51,259 nucleotides of DNA from Pseudomonadota bacterium (GTDB taxonomy: Bacteria; UBA10199; 2-02-FULL-44-16; JBDRGF01), in contig JBDRGF010000122.1 of the NCBI GenBank assembly GCA_043818055.1, forward strand, positions 1-51,259, read 5' to 3'. Numbering within the stretch: the first letter of the stretch is position 1; each line of letters opens with the position of its first letter. Of the stretch, positions 46,728 to 51,259 are shown piece after piece. The translations under genes and the position numbers were made by a program. Below the pieces are notes generated by a model. That model ran no database searches and was not told the origin of the DNA. It saw only the letters and a list, made by a program, of their open reading frames with translations.

Positions 46728-47133
46728 TTGAAGCTCCCTTTTCTAAACGTTTGTACATAGCCCTTTCCACAATCCCCCTATTATACTGAAGATCTATATA
46801 CTCCATGATGCTCTTGGCAACGAATCTGCGGGAGGTTATCCGATCTCTCTCAAGAACGATAGTGCCATATCTGAACACCTGACATTTTAAAACAGGGTCT
46901 GTGGAATTTAAAATAACGACATCTGCCTCTTTGCGCAAAAGCCCTGATAACTCACTCATCAGTTTTAGATGCTCCTGCAGCGAAGGCTCTTTGCCTCGTT
47001 CAAAAAGCAGAGCTATATCCACATCGCTTCGTTCGTGTTCCAAACCCTTTGCATGAGACCCAAAGAGATAGAGGGCAACGACATCTTTGCGATCGGAAAA
47101 AAAGATTTTTAGCCGGTTGATGATATTATTCAT
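46720..47133 (-). CDS. Minimal nucleotidyltransferase antitoxin (MntA-like)
   Basis: YLFGSHAKG....SDVDIA and DVVILN. Confidence 0.88.
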   Translation of the reverse strand: MNNIINRLKIFFSDRKDVVALYLFGSHAKGLEHERSDVDIALLFERGKEPSLQEHLKLMSELSGLLRKEADVVILNSTDPVLKCQVFRYGTIVLERDRITSRRFVAKSIMEYIDLQYNRGIVERAMYKRLEKGASNG

Positions 47134-47174
47134 TAGCGGATGATCTACACTATATAAGGATTAAAATCAACTCA

Positions 47175-48152
47175 TTACATATTCCTGATAATCAGAAGAT
47201 CGGCAGTTGCCAAAAAATGGAAATTTCCTGGAAGTGAGTACTCCTTTCCATGAGTCTCCCTTCTGGCTATATGATCCATCCTCTCGATGTGATCGCCTGA
47301 TAGGTGCTCCTTGTTGCCCCGCAATTTCGTATATGCGAGTATGAGGATCCGCTTTCGAATGGAGATAGGCTTCTTTAGATATTCATCCCTATCGAAACTT
47401 ATTTCTCTCTCATCGTGATGAAAAAAAATCGCGGAAAACTCGTCGGCAAATTTACTGAGTGCATCGTCATCTTCCTTAGCATGGCGTGAGAGATGAAAGA
47501 TCGCCTCTTCGACTTTTGGGTTGATTTCCTTCATGACGGAAATAAGTTTATGTCTCATTATATTGCGCGTGTATATGAGCTTTTCGTTTGAAACATCCTC
47601 TCTCCATTCAATTTTGTTTTTTTCGGCAAATTCGAAGATCTCGTTTTTACTGAATGCGATTAGCGGCCTGATGAGTTTCACTCCACAGTAATTTGATTTT
47701 ATCTCGATTCCACGCAAACCGGCGACCCCGCAGCCGCGAACAAGGTGCATCAGCACGGTCTCAACCTGATCGTCGAGATGTTGGCCAAGCACGATCGCAT
47801 CTGCACCAAGTTGTCCTGCAATCCTTGCAAAAAAATCGAGTCTGAAATTTCTCGCCTCCAGTTGGAAATTCTCCCTTTCGTTCGAGAGATCCACCCTTCT
47901 TCTGAAAAACGGGATGGATTTGTTTTCACAGAGTTCTCTCACAAAATATTCATCTCCGTCTGAATCTTTTCCTCTCATTTTGTAATTCACATGAACCACA
48001 TGAAGAAAAACGCCGAGTTCATCCCGAAGACGCAGCAGCAGATGAAGAAGGACGACAGAATCGACACCACCTGATACTCCGACGACGAGATTGTCCCCCG
48101 CCTCAAATAGCCCGTTTTCTTCAATCGTTTTTAGAAAGTTTTGATATAGCAT
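47175..48152 (-). CDS. tilS: tRNA(Ile)-lysidine synthetase
   Basis: VSGGVDS (PP-loop), EAR..R, H..DQ.ET, RG.G..GL, RPL, D.SN, RN..RH. Confidence 0.94.
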   Translation of the reverse strand: MLYQNFLKTIEENGLFEAGDNLVVGVSGGVDSVVLLHLLLRLRDELGVFLHVVHVNYKMRGKDSDGDEYFVRELCENKSIPFFRRRVDLSNERENFQLEARNFRLDFFARIAGQLGADAIVLGQHLDDQVETVLMHLVRGCGVAGLRGIEIKSNYCGVKLIRPLIAFSKNEIFEFAEKNKIEWREDVSNEKLIYTRNIMRHKLISVMKEINPKVEEAIFHLSRHAKEDDDALSKFADEFSAIFFHHDEREISFDRDEYLKKPISIRKRILILAYTKLRGNKEHLSGDHIERMDHIARRETHGKEYSLPGNFHFLATADLLIIRNM

Positions 48153-48470
48153 CTGTTATTTTTCCTCAATAAATTAGCACCTATCACCCTGGACATCCAA
48201 CTTCTTTAACAGTTTTTTGCGTAAGCCTTAATATCAGCCTCTTTTAGTGCCTTATATCAAAATCAATGAGCATCATCTTTTCACGACAACACCTAAGCGG
48301 TCGATGAAAACAGTGTCCATCAGAAGAACTTCCTTGAAAAGTTTTAATAGTGCCGTTGAATATTCGGATTGAACATTCAAATCGTCTAAAAAAGATTGCT
48401 CCTTCGGGCTAATTTTTGATTCGATAAACGCAATTTTTTTTCATCAGGTCCATATTTCTTAAACAGCAGT

Positions 48471-49031
48471 TTATTTGTTCATTTTGTGCTCATAACCAAA
48501 AGCAGCGTCGCTATCGATAGATATTGCATCGTTCATATGTGCCTTTGCCAGCTCAGCATACCATTTTGCAGATGTTTTTATGGAGGCGATTTCATCATCC
48601 ATAAGCTCTCTGACAACTTTGGCCGGAAAACCGAGTACGAGCGATCGCGGTGGAATTATGTTTCCCTCTGTGATTAATGCCCCTGCGCCGATTATTGTAT
48701 CCGAACCGACCTTCACGCCATCCATTATTATCGAGCCCATGCCGACCAGGACACGATCGGATATATCGCATCCGTGACAGACGGCTTTGTGGCCTATAGT
48801 AACACCCTCGCCGATTATGAGTTTTCTTCCGTTGGGAATGTGCAAGACTGAATTGTCCTGAATGTTGGTGTATTTTCCAATTACGATTTCTCCAACATCT
48901 CCACGCAAAACCGCCCCGTACCAGACGCTCGAGTGATCTGCAATCGACACGTTGCCGATTACAGTTGCATTTTTGGCAACAAAGACATCCTTCCCTATTT
49001 TGGGAGTGAATTCTTTAAATTTACACAGCAT
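48471..49031 (-). CDS. Gamma carbonic anhydrase family protein (YrdA-like)
   Basis: Hexapeptide repeats; WYGAVLRGD, NIQD..VLH, GH...HG. Confidence 0.9.
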   Translation of the reverse strand: MLCKFKEFTPKIGKDVFVAKNATVIGNVSIADHSSVWYGAVLRGDVGEIVIGKYTNIQDNSVLHIPNGRKLIIGEGVTIGHKAVCHGCDISDRVLVGMGSIIMDGVKVGSDTIIGAGALITEGNIIPPRSLVLGFPAKVVRELMDDEIASIKTSAKWYAELAKAHMNDAISIDSDAAFGYEHKMNK

Positions 49032-49410
49032 CTCTCCTCCTGAAAAGAGACTTTATCTTTGATATCTGGTATCCCAAGGCCACTCCGGCAAAGCCACCGA
49101 TGGCATCTGCTATCCAGTCATAAAAACTCGCATCCCTTCCCTCGACAAATGACTGATGATATTCATCGCTCACGCCATAGAGTGAGACGATGATAAGGGA
49201 GATGATAAACTGCGGTGGGAGGCTACCCCAGCTTTTTAATCTTACGGAAAAGATCACCAGAATTCCAAAAACCATATACATGCCAAAGTGGATGACCTTG
49301 TCCATGTAGGGAGGAAGCGTCGATACATCGTTCCACGTACGTGAGGAGAGATAAAATATCGCGCACGCGTAAATCATGGTTGGAATTATTCTGACAATTG
49401 TTTTTTTCAT
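49021..49410 (-). CDS. VanZ-like membrane protein
   Basis: IFYLSS, DK..HF..Y, SDEYHQSFV.GR.AS..DW.AD..G. Confidence 0.88.
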   Translation of the reverse strand: MKKTIVRIIPTMIYACAIFYLSSRTWNDVSTLPPYMDKVIHFGMYMVFGILVIFSVRLKSWGSLPPQFIISLIIVSLYGVSDEYHQSFVEGRDASFYDWIADAIGGFAGVALGYQISKIKSLFRRRDAV

Positions 49411-49422
49411 ATTGTGATTAAA

Positions 49423-49450
49423 CGGGCAGGCACGGGGGCCTGCCCCTACA
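49423..49450. repeat. GTAG-type REP singleton
   Basis: CGGGCAGGCACGGGGGCCTGCCCCTACA, the exact reverse complement of 16221-16248. Confidence 0.85.
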
Positions 49451-49460
49451 TTAATTATAT

Positions 49461-49973
49461 TTACATTTTGTATTTACCAAAATCCTCAGGGGAGAGGTTA
49501 TCTAAAATCTCTGCCCACTTTTTTCTTCTCTCCTCCTTCGTGTCGTCCATAGTGGTTGTGATATCGATCTTCCGCGATTTATCAATCACGCTCTTTGAAA
49601 CGTAGATCGGAGTTTCGCATCTCAAGGCAAGCGCTATTGCATCGGATGGTCTCGAATCAACCACCCACGAGTCCTTCCCTCTCTTTAAAAAAATCTTTGC
49701 GTAAAATGTATTATCCGCAAGGTCGTGAATTGTTATCTTCTCAACATCAACTCCAATATTGCTTAAGATGTTTTTCAAAAGATCGTGAGTCATCGGGCGC
49801 GAGAGTTCCACTTTTTCAAGTTCAGTTGCTATTGAACTCGCCTCTATAAGTCCTATCCAGATCGGCAGGGTATGTTTCTCCTTATCATCTTTCAATATAA
49901 CTATCGGCATGCTGGTAAATGGATCGATTGTAAGGCCGGTAACTGCGACCTTTATCATAATATCTTTGTTCAT
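49461..49973 (-). CDS. Bifunctional nuclease family protein (DUF151)
   Basis: LPIWIG..EA..IA, RPMTHDL, DSRPSDAIALALR. Confidence 0.92.
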   Translation of the reverse strand: MNKDIMIKVAVTGLTIDPFTSMPIVILKDDKEKHTLPIWIGLIEASSIATELEKVELSRPMTHDLLKNILSNIGVDVEKITIHDLADNTFYAKIFLKRGKDSWVVDSRPSDAIALALRCETPIYVSKSVIDKSRKIDITTTMDDTKEERRKKWAEILDNLSPEDFGKYKM

Positions 49974-51259
49974 TATTCTAATCTCCCTTGTAATGAATTG
50001 ATCATCCCCTTCGTGATGGTGACCCGCACTATACTCCCAATGAGAGAGCTTTCACCAGAAAAATTTACTAATCTATTGTCGGGCGATCTTCCCATCAGTT
50101 GGCCAGTTGCCATCCTGTCTAAGCCTGTCACAAGAACATCGATTTCAGATCCTATGAGCTTATTGTTTTTCTCGAGACATATCCCCTGTTGAAGTTTCAA
50201 AAGTTTGTCGAGGCGCATCACCTTCTTGTCATAATCGACGTCATCCGGCATAGTCATCGCCCTTGTGCCGGGGCGTGGAGAATATTTGAAGGCGAAGATC
50301 GAATCAAAGCGGACATTTTCAATCAGCGCGTATGTTTCATTATAATCCTCATCGCTCTCGCCCGAAAAACCGGCTATGATGTCGGTCGTAATGGCTATAT
50401 CAGGGCTGATATCCCTCAATTTATTTATAATCTCATAGAAACGCTCGATCGTATATCCCCTTCGCATCGACTTCAGCGTGCGGTTGCTTCCTGACTGGAC
50501 TGGCAGATGCATATGTGGGCAGAGCTTTTTATTTTTTCCAAATTCATCTATAAGCTCATCGGTGACATCGGAAGGATGCGGTGCAACGAAGCGGATCCGC
50601 TCTATGGTAGTCTCATTTGAAATTCTCTGGATCAGTTCCGGCAAAGCCCTGCGTTTAGTTCCTATCGAATATGCCGTCACATTCTGGCCAAGGAGTGTGA
50701 TCTCCTTCACGCCAAGGGCTATTAATTTTGACACCTCATCTACTACTGACGAAGGATCGCGCGATATCTCGCTTCCTCGAACTGATGGTACGATGCAATA
50801 GCTGCATTGATAATTGCATCCTTTGATGACCTTCACAAAAGCGGTGCACGACGAGATGGGATCAGAAGTAACGAGCTCTATGAACTTATATTCATTGGCG
50901 TCACTTATGAGTTTGTCGGAGCTTATTCGTTTGCCTTTGAGCGCCCCCTCCACGAGATTCTGTAACGTCGATATCTGATCCGGACCGCAGACAAAATCGA
51001 TCTCGGGAAATTTCCTGAGTAGCGCCTCTCCATCCTGCTGGGCAACGCAACCACAGACGCCGATGATCTTGTTAGTCATGCGTCTTTTAATCTTGGTCGC
51101 CCGTCCTATCTCGCTCATCGCTTTATGATACGGTTTTTCGCGGATGGTGCATGTGTTGAAAAGGATGAGATCCGCCAGCTTAGGATCATCCGTCATAACA
51201 TAACCCATCTGAGAGAGGATCAGTCCCATCTTCTGACTGTCGAGATCATTCATCTGACA
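49973..51259 (-). CDS. miaB: tRNA-2-methylthio-N6-dimethylallyladenosine synthase MiaB, 5' end beyond the window
   Basis: The window edge reads C-Q-M-N (the GCQMN motif), followed by NTCTIRE, GCVAQ, GCNYQCSYCIVP, HLPVQSGS and a C-terminal TRAM domain. Confidence 0.93.
   Translation of the reverse strand, partial: CQMNDLDSQKMGLILSQMGYVMTDDPKLADLILFNTCTIREKPYHKAMSEIGRATKIKRRMTNKIIGVCGCVAQQDGEALLRKFPEIDFVCGPDQISTLQNLVEGALKGKRISSDKLISDANEYKFIELVTSDPISSCTAFVKVIKGCNYQCSYCIVPSVRGSEISRDPSSVVDEVSKLIALGVKEITLLGQNVTAYSIGTKRRALPELIQRISNETTIERIRFVAPHPSDVTDELIDEFGKNKKLCPHMHLPVQSGSNRTLKSMRRGYTIERFYEIINKLRDISPDIAITTDIIAGFSGESDEDYNETYALIENVRFDSIFAFKYSPRPGTRAMTMPDDVDYDKKVMRLDKLLKLQQGICLEKNNKLIGSEIDVLVTGLDRMATGQLMGRSPDNRLVNFSGESSLIGSIVRVTITKGMINSLQGRLE

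Overview
A 51 kb bacterial chromosomal segment, almost entirely on the minus strand. It is probably from a deltaproteobacteria-like lineage; this is inferred from gene order, Cys-containing CTERM sorting tails and a myxobacterial-style OmpA and Ser/Thr kinase. From right to left it holds: (1) a housekeeping run, miaB(partial)-DUF151-vanZ-gammaCA-tilS-[MNT/HEPN TA]-ftsH-folP-glmM-pdxJ-acpS-nnr-tsaE-lpdA-lysC; (2) three paralogous 1.2-1.5 kaa secreted FG-GAP-like proteins with MYXO-CTERM-like tails, interleaved with decayed hicAB genes, a four-gene plus-strand island (SBBP lipoprotein, two hypotheticals, Ser/Thr kinase) and an AAA_14/DUF4143 ATPase; (3) ompA-family and recG; (4) a Wsp-like chemosensory cluster whose MCP carries a Cys-rich two-CW insert; (5) a hydrogenase-maturation cassette running into a partial hdrA at the left edge. 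The main finding is that cassette. A [NiFe]-maturation HypC domain (Met-Cys N-terminus) is fused to an [FeFe]-maturase HydE radical SAM domain. The fusion is translationally coupled to an intact HydG and followed by a HypA that keeps the MHE nickel site but lacks the zinc-finger domain. No hydF or hypB/D/E/F is in the window. This suggests a possible hybrid route in which HydG/HydE-made Fe(CO)x(CN)y units are delivered through HypC to a [NiFe]-type enzyme; this is inference. Intergenic spaces carry GTAG-type and TGTC/CGTC-type palindromic repeats, including a nested MITE-like element. All family calls come from motif recognition by eye, not database searches.
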